Below, piece after piece: positions 30,829 through 41,471 of a DNA stretch of 59,385 nucleotides (the stretch's first letter is position 1; each line of letters opens with the position of its first letter). The position numbers were made by a program, and so were the translations under genes. The stretch comes from an uncultured Bacteroidota bacterium (lineage in GTDB: Bacteria; Bacteroidota; Bacteroidia; Bacteroidales; VadinHA17): assembly GCA_937864815.1 (NCBI GenBank), contig CALMJY010000330.1:1-59385 (forward strand), written 5' to 3'. Under the pieces are notes generated by a model. That model saw nothing but the letters and a program-made list of their open reading frames with translations, did not search any database and was not told the origin of the DNA.

Positions 30829-31914
30829 ATGGACAACAGATATGTTATAATCATGGCGGGTGGTGTTGGAAGCCGTTTCTGGCCATTAAGCCGTCAGAAT
30901 AAACCAAAACAGTTCCTCGATATCCTGGGGACAGGGGAAACTCTTATCCAGCAGACCTTCAGACGATTTAAAGACCTGTGTCCGGAGGAGAATATCTATA
31001 TTGTAACAGGGGAAGAGCAGAGAAATCTTGTAATTGAACAATTAAAGATTGATCCTGCCAGGGTTCTCGGTGAGCCGTTCCGCCGGAATACTGCACCCTG
31101 TCTTGCCTATGGAACATTCAGAATACTGAAGGAAAATCCTGATGCTGTAATTGCAGTTACTCCTGCTGATCACCTGATAGTAAAGGAGGATAAGTTTCGC
31201 GAAGAGATTGCCAGATGTTTTGAATTTGCAAAGAATCATACTGCACTTGTAACTTTGGGTATAAAGCCTGACCGGCCTGAAACAGGTTACGGATATATTC
31301 AGGCCGACAGAAAAAAGGCTGTAAAAGGATATGACAGGCTCCTCAAAGTGAAGACTTTCACTGAAAAGCCTGATCTGGAACTTGCCAAGGTCTTTCTTGA
31401 GAGCGGAGACTTCTTCTGGAATTCGGGAATATTTATCTGGCACGCAAATACCATTCTTTCAGCTTTCGAAAAATATATGCCTGAAACCTACTCTGTTTTT
31501 GATGAAGGAAGGGATCTTTTCGGCACAAAGCAGGAGAAGGGATTCATTGCAAAAGCTTACGCAGTATGCAGGAGTATATCGATTGACTATGGTATAATGG
31601 AAAAGGCAGACAATGTATATGTTATGTGTACAGACATTGGATGGTCCGACCTGGGAACCTGGGGTTCATTATATGAACATACTGAGCATGATAAAAAGGG
31701 TAATGCACTGGTAAAAGGTCAGGTGTTTTCATACGACAGTAAGGGGAATATTTTTAATATCAAACCTGGCAAGGTAGCAATGGTACAGGGTATGAAAGAT
31801 TATATTGTAGTTGATTCGGACGATGTTCTGCTCATTGTAAAAAAAGAGGAGGAGCAGAATATTAAGAAATATCTTGAAGATGTGAAGAAGGAAACGAAGG
31901 AAAAGTATTTATAA
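30829..31914 (+). CDS. manC: Mannose-1-phosphate guanylyltransferase
   Basis: MAGGVGSRFWPLSR, PKQFL, RNTAP, ETGYGYI, FTEKP, WSDLGTW. Start moved to ATG 30829, downstream of the promoter. Confidence 0.92.
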   Translation: MDNRYVIIMAGGVGSRFWPLSRQNKPKQFLDILGTGETLIQQTFRRFKDLCPEENIYIVTGEEQRNLVIEQLKIDPARVLGEPFRRNTAPCLAYGTFRILKENPDAVIAVTPADHLIVKEDKFREEIARCFEFAKNHTALVTLGIKPDRPETGYGYIQADRKKAVKGYDRLLKVKTFTEKPDLELAKVFLESGDFFWNSGIFIWHANTILSAFEKYMPETYSVFDEGRDLFGTKQEKGFIAKAYAVCRSISIDYGIMEKADNVYVMCTDIGWSDLGTWGSLYEHTEHDKKGNALVKGQVFSYDSKGNIFNIKPGKVAMVQGMKDYIVVDSDDVLLIVKKEEEQNIKKYLEDVKKETKEKYL

Positions 31915-31944
31915 AAAAAAGAGGCCTTATGAGCCTCTTTTTTT
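31914..31944. terminator. Bidirectional intrinsic terminator (manC / gldN)
   Basis: A7-GAGGC-cttatga-GCCTC-T7 between convergent stops. Confidence 0.85.
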
Positions 31945-31955
31945 ATTTGATATTT

Positions 31956-32780
31956 TTAAAATTCCCAGAGGTCATGTTCGAAATTGAAAAGGTCGGTTTT
32001 GATCCTTTCGGCTTCAAACAAGGTATATTTGCCTGTCTGGTAATCCTGTATAAATCTGTCATTATAAACGTTTGATTCTGCTATGATAACGCTGCCAAAA
32101 CGACGCTGCATGAACAAGTCATCGTAAGATATTCTCTGTGCGTCATTGTTTGGTACGAATACTTCATTTTTTGCCAGAACATCCCTGATTTCATTATATT
32201 TTACCCAGAAAAGCGGATTTTTTGCTATTCTACCAAGCTGTTCGTCAAACGCCATAAAGATCGGCTGAATTGCAATAATCCTTACTTCAAGCTTACTTAG
32301 CTTCTTATCAAAATACCATTCCTCGTAAAGCACAAGCTGTTTTACTTCCTGTGGCTTTGCATCCTGTTTAATAACAGTATCCCTTGTAGCTCCCTGTGCA
32401 TTAATTGTTATTGATTCTGTTCTTTCAACAGCACCAAGTTTTGTCTCAATGTCAGCATATGTGGTATTTACCTCTGTATTAAGCGGATCATATGCTGAAA
32501 TCCTACCGGCCTTAATCTCATCCAGAATAACATTAATGAAACTCTGTCTTCCATCATAAGTTTTGCTTGTTGGATAATATAGTGACTGATTGATCTTTTC
32601 GCGAAGATCAATCATTCGGTATATTCTTTTTGACCATATTACATCGCCTTCCCTGAGATAGGGGTAGTCGATTTTTTTTGCCTCGGGTATTGATTTCTGA
32701 TATATATCACCGAATCCCTGGGCAGAAAGCAAGCCCGAAACGGAGACAATGATTAATCCTAATAGAAATTTCTTTATCAT
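31956..32780 (-). CDS. gldN: T9SS/gliding protein GldN (PorN)
   Basis: [39 protein letters not shown]. Confidence 0.93.
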   Translation of the reverse strand: MIKKFLLGLIIVSVSGLLSAQGFGDIYQKSIPEAKKIDYPYLREGDVIWSKRIYRMIDLREKINQSLYYPTSKTYDGRQSFINVILDEIKAGRISAYDPLNTEVNTTYADIETKLGAVERTESITINAQGATRDTVIKQDAKPQEVKQLVLYEEWYFDKKLSKLEVRIIAIQPIFMAFDEQLGRIAKNPLFWVKYNEIRDVLAKNEVFVPNNDAQRISYDDLFMQRRFGSVIIAESNVYNDRFIQDYQTGKYTLFEAERIKTDLFNFEHDLWEF

Positions 32781-32801
32781 GATCGGATATTTGTAAATAC
32801 G

Positions 32802-34397
32802 CTAATCTATTTTCAAAATTACAGGTGACAATTCTTTTGTTTTACCATCAGGTCCAAGAGCTTTGATGTCTTTAATTATTAAGTTCTTACCTCTTGTAAG
32901 CCTTCCAATCAGTTCTTTCTGTTTTGGTGTAAGGTTACTGGTGGTACTTGACTCTTCATAGTCGTTTCCTCTTTCAGAGTAAAGAACCGAGAACCCTGTT
33001 ACCTGGTATTGCAGGTCAAAATCAAAGTCAGGAAGTATGGCAAATACACCTTGTTGTGCAGCTGCAGTTGCTCTTGGCACTGATCCTGTGCTCTTCTGGG
33101 CAAAAATTGCTATTGGTGGCGGAATTGGTTTAACCCTGAATTCGTATGGAGCAAACTGCAAAGGCTTTCCGCTTATATCAGCACTTACTATAACCTGAAC
33201 ATTCTGTCCCACAGCTGTTGGTCTTACAGCCCAGCTGCCCTTGAAAGGTTCTCCTTTTGAGTTCTTGACTTTTTCAGTGGTAATAGACCCGTTTACAACC
33301 CGTACCTTGATTTTATCAGGGCTGACACCGGGGACTGAAACATCAATAGGGTTTGCAATACCTGCATACATAACGTTCATAGCAGTCGGAGATACAATTA
33401 CATTAGACTCTCCAACAATATATGTAGCATCAAACGGATAGTTTACAACTGTTCCGTCTGGTGCCTTCATTGCAATTATACCTCCCCATTTTTTTTGTCC
33501 AACTGATGAAGCTCTTACTTTATAAATGCCTCTTCCATAATCGTCAAGCTGCAGTTTGGTATCACCAACGGTAATATCAGGAGCCTGTGTTGTGTCTGTT
33601 GCTGATATAAATACAGCAGCCTCATACTCGCCTCCCATCATAACATAGTTTGATACAGGCATTACCATAGGTGTTAACTTGGTAAATTTGAACGATGCTG
33701 CATCGATTTGTGAATAGAGATAATTCAAAACTTCGGTTTCAGCATTCCTTACAGTTAACTGGAATTCTGACAGGATACAAATTACAGCCACAAGCGGTAA
33801 TGTCTGGAAATGAAGTGTTTCCCATGGTTCTTTTTCCCCGTCTTTATTTTTCCCATCCTCTGTATTCAGACTTGTCTTAAGAGCATTTTCGGTAGTAGGA
33901 TTTTTACCCTCAAGTGTTGTGATAAGAAAGTCACGGTATTCTGCAAGAAGAGCCTTAAGTGCATATGCTTTTCCGTTATAATTAGCTCCTATGAGAATTT
34001 CTGATGGTACGTCAGTATTATCAATACTTTTAACTTCTTCAATTATTACCTCATTTCCCTTGACTGCCAAGTTTTCAGGTCCCTCTGCTGTATTTATTAT
34101 TTCAATCTTAAGTCCCTGAATATAATTGAATGCTTCATCAGCTCGTTCTTTAACCTGGAGGGCAGTAGATTTATATTTACCGGCTTTAGCAGGATTCTCA
34201 GCGGCAGCTCTGTCGAATTCTTTATAAATCATGTCATTTTTAATGGCATAATTTTTAATTGTCCGAGTGAGACCCTCATCAACTTTTTTAAATGCTTCAA
34301 CGGCTTCCTTCGATACGTTAAGTGCAAGCATGGCGGTAAGCACCAGGTACATCATACCGATCATCTTTTGCCGTGGAGATAGCTTCTCGTGACCCAT
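32802..34397 (-). CDS. gldM: T9SS motor subunit GldM (PorM)
   Basis: SPRQKMIGMMYLVLTAMLALNVS, MNVMYAGIANPIDVSVPGV. Confidence 0.95.
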   Translation of the reverse strand: MGHEKLSPRQKMIGMMYLVLTAMLALNVSKEAVEAFKKVDEGLTRTIKNYAIKNDMIYKEFDRAAAENPAKAGKYKSTALQVKERADEAFNYIQGLKIEIINTAEGPENLAVKGNEVIIEEVKSIDNTDVPSEILIGANYNGKAYALKALLAEYRDFLITTLEGKNPTTENALKTSLNTEDGKNKDGEKEPWETLHFQTLPLVAVICILSEFQLTVRNAETEVLNYLYSQIDAASFKFTKLTPMVMPVSNYVMMGGEYEAAVFISATDTTQAPDITVGDTKLQLDDYGRGIYKVRASSVGQKKWGGIIAMKAPDGTVVNYPFDATYIVGESNVIVSPTAMNVMYAGIANPIDVSVPGVSPDKIKVRVVNGSITTEKVKNSKGEPFKGSWAVRPTAVGQNVQVIVSADISGKPLQFAPYEFRVKPIPPPIAIFAQKSTGSVPRATAAAQQGVFAILPDFDFDLQYQVTGFSVLYSERGNDYEESSTTSNLTPKQKELIGRLTRGKNLIIKDIKALGPDGKTKELSPVILKID

Positions 34398-34431
34398 TTT
34401 CTTGGAAGTTTAATTAGTTAAAAAAGCCATG

Positions 34432-35325
34432 TTATTTAACATTCATAGCGGCAAGCATATTTCCATAGACATTATTCAATGCCGACAGGTTGTCGTTGAG
34501 TTTTGTTATCTGTTCACGGTATTTTTTTGTATCGCCTGCTGAATCGGTAAGATCTTTCATCAGACCCTGGATTCCTTTATAAAGTGTATCTGATTCTTTC
34601 AGATGTTCATCAGCTCCTTTTTTCTGGAGTTCATATACTGCGTTGAGGGCTGAAAGATTTTTATTAAGGACTTCAAGCTGCTGCTGGTATGATTTTCCAC
34701 CTACTTCAATCACTGAAAGGGAGTCAGCCATATTTTTGTATGTTGATCCTGTTTCATTAATGACTTTTGTTGTAGCCTGATATGACTCAGCAAGTTTTGA
34801 TAGTGAATCATTAGCGGTATTGATGGTACCCATATATTTAGTTGATGCAGCAGTGACATCTCCCATTGCATTCATGTTGGCTGTTGTTTCGCTGAGTTTT
34901 TTCATCCCGACGCCCAGTTTCTGAAAGAGGTCCGGTGATATCTCTGCTTTTTCCAGCATTTCATCGAATTTTGCCAGAGCAACAGCACCTGCTCCGCCAC
35001 CATAACCACCTCCGCCTCCGGCAGATACAGCTCCATGATGCTTATCTCCATGAGCAGCTTTAACTTCGCCGGTTTCATCTTCAGGAATTCCTGCGAGTTC
35101 CGGATAGACAAGGGACCAGTCAATTTCTTCATGAAGAGGCTCAAAGGCTGAGAAGAAAAAGATAACTGCCTCAGTTAGAAGACCGATTGTAAGCATGGTT
35201 CCTGCAAGTGGCCAGTGCTGTATTTTAAACAATGCACCAACGATAACGACGGAAGCTCCCAAACCGTATAGTTTTGCGATGAAATTTTTCCATCCGCTGC
35301 TTTGTACTAATTCTGCTAGGCTCAT
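34432..35325 (-). CDS. gldL: T9SS motor subunit GldL (PorL)
   Basis: YGLGASVVIVGALFKIQHW, GLLTEAVIF, WSLVYPEL, LNNVYGNMLAAM. Confidence 0.95.
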   Translation of the reverse strand: MSLAELVQSSGWKNFIAKLYGLGASVVIVGALFKIQHWPLAGTMLTIGLLTEAVIFFFSAFEPLHEEIDWSLVYPELAGIPEDETGEVKAAHGDKHHGAVSAGGGGGYGGGAGAVALAKFDEMLEKAEISPDLFQKLGVGMKKLSETTANMNAMGDVTAASTKYMGTINTANDSLSKLAESYQATTKVINETGSTYKNMADSLSVIEVGGKSYQQQLEVLNKNLSALNAVYELQKKGADEHLKESDTLYKGIQGLMKDLTDSAGDTKKYREQITKLNDNLSALNNVYGNMLAAMNVK

Positions 35326-35356
35326 ATAGCTGATGATTTTAGGGTTATTTCAAATA

Positions 35357-36703
35357 TTAATTTACTCCGATATAAGATCTTACGTTACGGAATCCAACAT
35401 ATGGTTTGGTTGTATCCTGATATTCATAATCTCTTGAACTGGTCTGAAGGAAATATGCAATATCCTTCCATGAGCCGCCACGGATAACCTTCCTTTTCAT
35501 AACAGGAGGATCCTGCGGTTTTGCATTATATTCATAGTTAGGCTGAAGATCGTGCTGGAAGATATATGCTGACGGATGATAAGCACAGCATGTCCATTCA
35601 GCAATATTTCCTGCCATATCATAAAGTCCATATTCATTTGGTTCATATGAACCTACCTTACCTGCATAAACATTTCCGTCATCAACATAATTTCCTCTTA
35701 GTGGTTTGAAGTTTGCAAGGAAACAGCCTTTGTAGTTACGGGTGTATGGTCCTCCCCAGGGGTACATTGAGAGGTCAAGTCCGCCTCTGGCTGCATATTC
35801 CCATTCTGTCTCAAGAGGAAGCCTGTAGTTATGGACATCAGGAATACCGCTCTTCCTCAATGCATTGTTCATGTAATCTGTTCTCCAGATACTGAATGCA
35901 GTTGCCTGAACCCATGTTACACCTACAACCGGATAGTCATCATATGATGGATGCCAGAAATAAAGTGAGGCCTGAGGATCATTGAATGAATAGGTAAAAT
36001 CCCTGATCCAGCAGAGTGTATCAGGATATACGTTTATGTAATTATGCTTTATGAATGATGAGCGGTCTTTGATTTCGCTGGTAGTTCCGTCAAGATTTGT
36101 AATCTGACCCTGGTATTTTCCTGTGGTCTTCTCAAAGTTGTCATATACATACCTGGATTTTGCAGCTGACTGGTAATCAACCCAGAAGTAGGAATAAATG
36201 AGTTTTCTTACATCCACTTCTTTTTTCCCGTTGAATCTCTCTTCAGGCGGGTAATACATCTCTTCAAGAGTAGCTTTTGTTGTCTCTTCTTCAGGATCTA
36301 TCTTCTCTTCCCAGTTGATAATATTTGGTTCAATAACATTACCTTCCTCATCAACCATAAAATATTCCCTGTCGGCAATACCGGCATTTCCAAGCTTGGT
36401 ACGAAGAATTGAATCGCGCACCCAGTATACAAACTGACGATATTTATTATTTGTAATTTCGGTCTGATCCATCCAGAATGCATCAACTGTAACTGACTTT
36501 GAAAGACTGTTCATTGCGAAAACAGCATCCTGATCGCTGGGTCCCATAATAAAATTACCGGCAGGAATAAATGCCATTTCCAGTGGTTCAGGCTCAAAGA
36601 ATTTTTTCCGCCCTTGCACACCTGTTAGTTCTCCGGTACCCGACGACCCGCAACCAGATAACAGAATTATTACGATCAGAGCAGATAGAGTCACCTTTTT
36701 CAT
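35357..36703 (-). CDS. gldK: T9SS lipoprotein GldK (PorK)
   Basis: Lipobox LSGC from ATG 36703; FGE-sulfatase fold motifs YPVVGVTW, EWEYAARGG, DMAGNIAEW, RGGSWKD. Confidence 0.93.
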   Translation of the reverse strand: MKKVTLSALIVIILLSGCGSSGTGELTGVQGRKKFFEPEPLEMAFIPAGNFIMGPSDQDAVFAMNSLSKSVTVDAFWMDQTEITNNKYRQFVYWVRDSILRTKLGNAGIADREYFMVDEEGNVIEPNIINWEEKIDPEEETTKATLEEMYYPPEERFNGKKEVDVRKLIYSYFWVDYQSAAKSRYVYDNFEKTTGKYQGQITNLDGTTSEIKDRSSFIKHNYINVYPDTLCWIRDFTYSFNDPQASLYFWHPSYDDYPVVGVTWVQATAFSIWRTDYMNNALRKSGIPDVHNYRLPLETEWEYAARGGLDLSMYPWGGPYTRNYKGCFLANFKPLRGNYVDDGNVYAGKVGSYEPNEYGLYDMAGNIAEWTCCAYHPSAYIFQHDLQPNYEYNAKPQDPPVMKRKVIRGGSWKDIAYFLQTSSRDYEYQDTTKPYVGFRNVRSYIGVN

Positions 36704-36749
36704 ATACGAATATATTTTATAATGCAAGTAAGTTATTTTTTTTTAATAA

Positions 36750-37694
36750 TCATAAAAATCTGATACTTTTATATTTCATCGGGCTTTTGCCCAGGTTCAG
36801 ATCAAAACAATAATTGACCATAAATTCATGTGTTCCACTGTTGCTTTTTGTCATATCGGAAACCGTGAAATCATAAGCATATCCGAGCCTCAGACCGTTA
36901 TAAAGTTCCAGTCCTATCATCCCTATCAGGGCATCCCCGGCTCTGTAGGAAACGCCTCCCCACAATTTTTTATTGTAACGCAGCAATGAGTTTATTGTTA
37001 ATTGAATGATCTTGCCATCACTGAATGCGAATACTGAGGGGATCAGCTCAAAAGACGGATTTCTGAGCTGCAGTGTATATCCCGATGTCAGGTAGTAGTG
37101 CCTGCTGACATAAGGCATACCCTTGGTAAATTTAATTTTAGGCTGGTTGATATGTGTAACCGAAAGAGCAGCATAATACCTATCGGCATTGTAATATAAT
37201 CCAAGACCGGCATCGAATGCCACAAAACTCTCTTTGTTTTCAGGTATTAAAGGGTCGCCGGAAGCGGGTGTATGAATATCGCCGGAGGGAATTTCCCATG
37301 TTGGTTCAAGCTTTTTGTTAAGCATGCCGAGACTAATACCTATTCCAAGTTTTCCGGTTCCTAAATTGAGATGATATGAATAGGACCCGGAAAGATTTAT
37401 ATCCTTATCAAAACCAATATTATCACTTTCAATCAGCAATCCGGCACCATTATTTCCCTTGAAGAATGGCAACGGAGTATTTATGTTAAATATTGTTGTG
37501 GTTGGTGCTCCTTCAAAACCCACCCATTGCTGACGGTTAAGAGCAGTAGCACAAATCATTCCCGATATTCCTGCAACACCTGGATTATATGTCAGAGTAT
37601 TAAACATATAATGACTTGAAAGCGGATCCTGTTGAGAGAATCCGGCATTCATTGTAATGATCAAAAAAAGAATTATTCCTGATATTTTTTTCAT
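36750..37694 (-). CDS. PorP/SprF family T9SS membrane protein
   Basis: QQDPLSSHYMFN..YNPG, RQQWVGFEGAP, GYAYDF, GTHEF; immediately upstream of gldK. Confidence 0.9.
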   Translation of the reverse strand: MKKISGIILFLIITMNAGFSQQDPLSSHYMFNTLTYNPGVAGISGMICATALNRQQWVGFEGAPTTTIFNINTPLPFFKGNNGAGLLIESDNIGFDKDINLSGSYSYHLNLGTGKLGIGISLGMLNKKLEPTWEIPSGDIHTPASGDPLIPENKESFVAFDAGLGLYYNADRYYAALSVTHINQPKIKFTKGMPYVSRHYYLTSGYTLQLRNPSFELIPSVFAFSDGKIIQLTINSLLRYNKKLWGGVSYRAGDALIGMIGLELYNGLRLGYAYDFTVSDMTKSNSGTHEFMVNYCFDLNLGKSPMKYKSIRFL

Positions 37695-37866
37695 TACATT
37701 TTCTGAGCTTGCACTTCACATTGGTTGAACCAGTAAAATAAATAAAAATCCTGTTCGTAAACAAATTTCACTAAAATTATTTGATCAACTGATAATCCGT
37801 AGTGACGAGGGATTCTGATCAGTATTATGAACAGAAAAAAGAGTAAATTATTGTGCGGGTTAATAT

Positions 37867-39036
37867 TCAGGTTTTTAAACGCTCAACAGCCCTCACCCAC
37901 CTGTCGGGAACTTCATTACGGTTAGCCCTCAGATAATCATCATGGGAGCATGCAATGTAAGTATTCTGATCCTTTTCCATAGTTATCTCCATCCACCATC
38001 TGTCAGTGAGATTACTCTTTACAAAGATCAGGTCATCTTCCAGGTCGGTTACCCTTACATGATATTTAGTAAATCTTCCTGCATTGCCCAGGCCGATAAC
38101 CGGAGTCTCATACTGTTTCTGGGAGAATCCTTCAAGAAAAAACCAGATTATCTGTGCAGCAAGGCCAGCCGTCTGATTACGTATATCCAGGTCGGGGCTG
38201 ACCTCAAAAAGTCCGAATATTTTTAGTTTGTCGGATATTCCGGAGTATCTTGAAAGAAGGCATATCTCCTCACCATAAAATCCGTTAGGAGACGGACTTA
38301 TGGTACCAGGAGCATCCGATTGCCTGACAGCCGATATATCAAAGATTGCAATATCCGAATCCCTAAGAAGAGGTTCAGTCAGGTATATTGCCTGCCTTAC
38401 ATCACCTATCCTGATAAGCTCTGATCGCCTCTTCAGGAAACGGTTTAATACCTGCTGATCGTTCAGGTAAGTCTGATAACCTATATTAATATAGTGGCTG
38501 AAATTACTTTTGTGATTATTAATAATTGAATTCAGATAATTAAAGGAGTCAGGTACTTTCTTTTCGTGACTGTAATCAATCCTTGAATCAACTGCAGCAA
38601 GGGTATATTTCTTTTTCTGACCCGACAGAGCCCTGTCGAGTGCAGGAATTATTGCACTGCTGCCTCCGGTTATTACCGGAAATACATTTTCGTTCAGCAG
38701 AAAAGACAGAACATCTGTAAGGCCTGCCAGGGTATCGTTAAAAGTGGTTCCCTGCTTCATGTTGCCAAGATCGATAATCTTCGTTTTCCCCGGAATCCTG
38801 GCAAGCCTGTACAATTGTGCCCTGATGGCATCAGGCCCCTTCATTGTTCCTGAATCTGGAGAATTTCTACCTTCTGGTACCCCCAGCAAAGCTATCTTGA
38901 ATTTCCCGATATCCTTTATAGGATTATTTTCTGTATGAATGGTTATTGTATGAGGAAAAACAGCCTGACCTGTCAGATGTTCAAAATCAGGTCTCTCTAT
39001 ACTTACAGGATTGAAATAATCATTAAGGTCTACCAT
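37867..39036 (-). CDS. Arginase/formimidoylglutamase-fold protein with degenerate metal site
   Basis: IIDLGN, NIGYQTY, SPNGFYGEE; canonical ligand motifs altered (GGSS, DSRID, DISAV). Confidence 0.75.
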   Translation of the reverse strand: MVDLNDYFNPVSIERPDFEHLTGQAVFPHTITIHTENNPIKDIGKFKIALLGVPEGRNSPDSGTMKGPDAIRAQLYRLARIPGKTKIIDLGNMKQGTTFNDTLAGLTDVLSFLLNENVFPVITGGSSAIIPALDRALSGQKKKYTLAAVDSRIDYSHEKKVPDSFNYLNSIINNHKSNFSHYINIGYQTYLNDQQVLNRFLKRRSELIRIGDVRQAIYLTEPLLRDSDIAIFDISAVRQSDAPGTISPSPNGFYGEEICLLSRYSGISDKLKIFGLFEVSPDLDIRNQTAGLAAQIIWFFLEGFSQKQYETPVIGLGNAGRFTKYHVRVTDLEDDLIFVKSNLTDRWWMEITMEKDQNTYIACSHDDYLRANRNEVPDRWVRAVERLKT

Positions 39037-39046
39037 AAATATAAAA

Positions 39047-41350
39047 TCAGGAACTCTTTTTGGATTTATCGCTGTTTTCTATTATCCTGATACAGTCTTC
39101 TTTAGAAAGCTTCTCTGCATCAGTTCCCTTGGGAAGTCTGAAATTTTGTTTGTCTTTTGTAAGGTATGGGCCGTACTTTCCGTTCAGAAGCATTATGTCA
39201 CCAAAATCCTTCAGAACTTTCTTCTTGTCATTTTCATTCTTTTCATTAATCAGTTCTAATGCCCTCTCGATTGTTACAGTATGAGGGTCGTCAACACCTT
39301 TTTTGAGTGAAAAGAATTTTCCCTGAAATCTGACAAACGGACCAAAGCGGCCAACTCCTGCCACTATTTCAGAACCCTCGTGTTCACCTATGGTTCTGGG
39401 AAGACGGAACAGATTAAGTGCCTCCTCAAGTGTAATAGTTTCGAGCAGCTGGTTTTTAGCCAGGCTGGCAAACTTGGGTTTTTCGTCGTTGCCTGATTCA
39501 CCTATCTGTGCTACCGGTCCGAACCGGCCCATTCTTACAGTTACAGGTTCTCCAGTTTCAGGATGATTACCCAGCAGCCTGATCCCGGTCTTTCTCTCTT
39601 TCTTTTCAAGTGTGCTGGTTACTGTTTTATGAAATGGCCTGTAGAATTTGTCAATCATCCCGGTCCATTTGAGTTTACCTTCCGCAATCTCGTCAAACTG
39701 TTCTTCAACTTCTGCAGTAAAATGGTAATCAACAATATCTGAAAAATTCTCAAGCAGAAAATCATTTACTATCATTCCTATATCCTGTGGAAACAGCTTT
39801 GATTTTTCCTTTCCGGTAATCTCAGACTTTACTGATGATGTAATTTTTCCTTTAGAAAGAGAAATAATCTGAATATTACGTTTTTCTCCCGGCCTGTCCT
39901 CCCTGGATACATACCCCCTGTTCTGGATTGTGGAAATTGTTGGAGCATATGTTGACGGCCTTCCGATTCCGAGCTCCTCAAGCTTCTTCACAAGACTGGC
40001 TTCTGTATACCGGGGTGGAGGTGTTGTGAATCTCTGTGTTGCTGTTATATTATTATATAGGAGAGGCATTCCTTTTCTGACAGGTGGTATTACATATCTT
40101 TCCTCATCACCGTTCTCCTGGTCACTTGATTCCGTATATACCCTCAGGAATCCGTCAAATTTTATCACCTCGCCGTTAGCCTGGAATGTAACAGGCGAGT
40201 TATTCATATCTATTGAAATTGTTGTCTTTTCAATTTCTGCATCGGCCATCTGTGAGGCTACCGTTCTTTTCCAGATCAGTTCATAAAGCTTCTTCTCATT
40301 TAAGGTACCTGTTGTGGCAGAATGATCAAGATAAGCAGGCCTTATAGCTTCATGCGCCTCCTGGGCTCCTTTTGACCTGGTTTTGAACTGTCTGGTCTTT
40401 GAATATTTTTCACCGAATTCAGATACAATCATTTCCCTCGATTTGACAAGAGCCAGTTTCGACAGGTTTGTAGAATCTGTCCTCATATATGTTATCCTAC
40501 CGGCTTCATATAGCTTCTGCGCCACAGCCATAGTTTGTGCCACTGAAAAACCGAGCTTCCTGTATGCTTCCTGTTGCAGGGTGGAGGTAGTAAAAGGAGG
40601 TGCAGGTGATCTTGAACCAGGTTTTACAGTTATATTACCGACAGAAAATAGCGAATCTTTGCAAAGCTCAATGAACTTCTGGGCTTCCTTTACATCAGTA
40701 AATCTTTTCGAAGCTTCTGCCTTGATAATAACATTACCTGAACCCCCGGAGCTTATCTCAAAAATTGCCGAGATACGGTAAGAAGATTCTGTTTCAAATG
40801 TGATAATTTCCCTTTCCCTTTCAACTATCAGTCTTACTGCAACAGACTGAACCCTGCCTGCAGAGAGTGAGGGCTGAACCTTTTTCCACAGGACGGGTGA
40901 TATCTCAAAACCAACAAGCCTGTCGAGGATACGTCTTGCCTGCTGAGAATTCACAAGGTTCATGTCAACCTGACGTGGATTCTGGATAGCAGCAGCAATT
41001 GCCTCCTTTGTTATTTCATGGAAAACAATTCTTTTAGTGTTTTTCAGATCAAGATCCAGGACACTGACCAGATGCCATGCTATGGCTTCTCCTTCACGGT
41101 CTTCATCAGATGCTATCCATATATTTTTGGACTCAGCTGCAACCTTTCTAAGCTCATTTACAATTTTGGTTTTATCCTTTGGAATTTCATAGGTGGGACT
41201 GAAATTGTTTTCAATATCAATACCGAGATTCTTTTTTGCAAGATCTCTAATATGCCCGAAACTTGAAATTACGCGGAAATCTTTTCCCAGGAATTTTTCA
41301 ATGGTTTTAGCTTTCGCAGGGGACTCAACAATAACAAGATTTTCGATCAT
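39047..41350 (-). CDS. topA: DNA topoisomerase I
   Basis: IVESPAKAKTI, DEDREGE, SAGRVQS, ITYMRTDS; C-terminal G(R/K)(F/Y)GP repeats. Confidence 0.97.
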   Translation of the reverse strand: MIENLVIVESPAKAKTIEKFLGKDFRVISSFGHIRDLAKKNLGIDIENNFSPTYEIPKDKTKIVNELRKVAAESKNIWIASDEDREGEAIAWHLVSVLDLDLKNTKRIVFHEITKEAIAAAIQNPRQVDMNLVNSQQARRILDRLVGFEISPVLWKKVQPSLSAGRVQSVAVRLIVEREREIITFETESSYRISAIFEISSGGSGNVIIKAEASKRFTDVKEAQKFIELCKDSLFSVGNITVKPGSRSPAPPFTTSTLQQEAYRKLGFSVAQTMAVAQKLYEAGRITYMRTDSTNLSKLALVKSREMIVSEFGEKYSKTRQFKTRSKGAQEAHEAIRPAYLDHSATTGTLNEKKLYELIWKRTVASQMADAEIEKTTISIDMNNSPVTFQANGEVIKFDGFLRVYTESSDQENGDEERYVIPPVRKGMPLLYNNITATQRFTTPPPRYTEASLVKKLEELGIGRPSTYAPTISTIQNRGYVSREDRPGEKRNIQIISLSKGKITSSVKSEITGKEKSKLFPQDIGMIVNDFLLENFSDIVDYHFTAEVEEQFDEIAEGKLKWTGMIDKFYRPFHKTVTSTLEKKERKTGIRLLGNHPETGEPVTVRMGRFGPVAQIGESGNDEKPKFASLAKNQLLETITLEEALNLFRLPRTIGEHEGSEIVAGVGRFGPFVRFQGKFFSLKKGVDDPHTVTIERALELINEKNENDKKKVLKDFGDIMLLNGKYGPYLTKDKQNFRLPKGTDAEKLSKEDCIRIIENSDKSKKSS

Positions 41351-41444
41351 TTCCAGGTAAGATTAATTCTGTAAAAAACACGACAAAGTAAATCAATTAG
41401 GTGGCAATCTTCAAAATAAACCTGTAAGATTCTTTATTATTTAC

Positions 41445-41452
41445 TATTTTTG
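41445..41452 (+). promoter_or_regulatory. -7 promoter element (PBP1A)
   Basis: TATTTTTG, 19 nt before the ATG. Confidence 0.55.
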
Positions 41453-41471
41453 GCGCAAACATCAGGCGCTA

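Noticed and set aside
34990-35030. GCC/ACC-rich repeat-like tract in gldL
   Set aside because: Encodes an ordinary Gly-rich linker (GGGGGYGGGAG).
37695-37866. 172-bp spacer upstream of porP as a structured RNA or ECF promoter
   Set aside because: No convincing stem, repeat or consensus promoter could be supported by eye.
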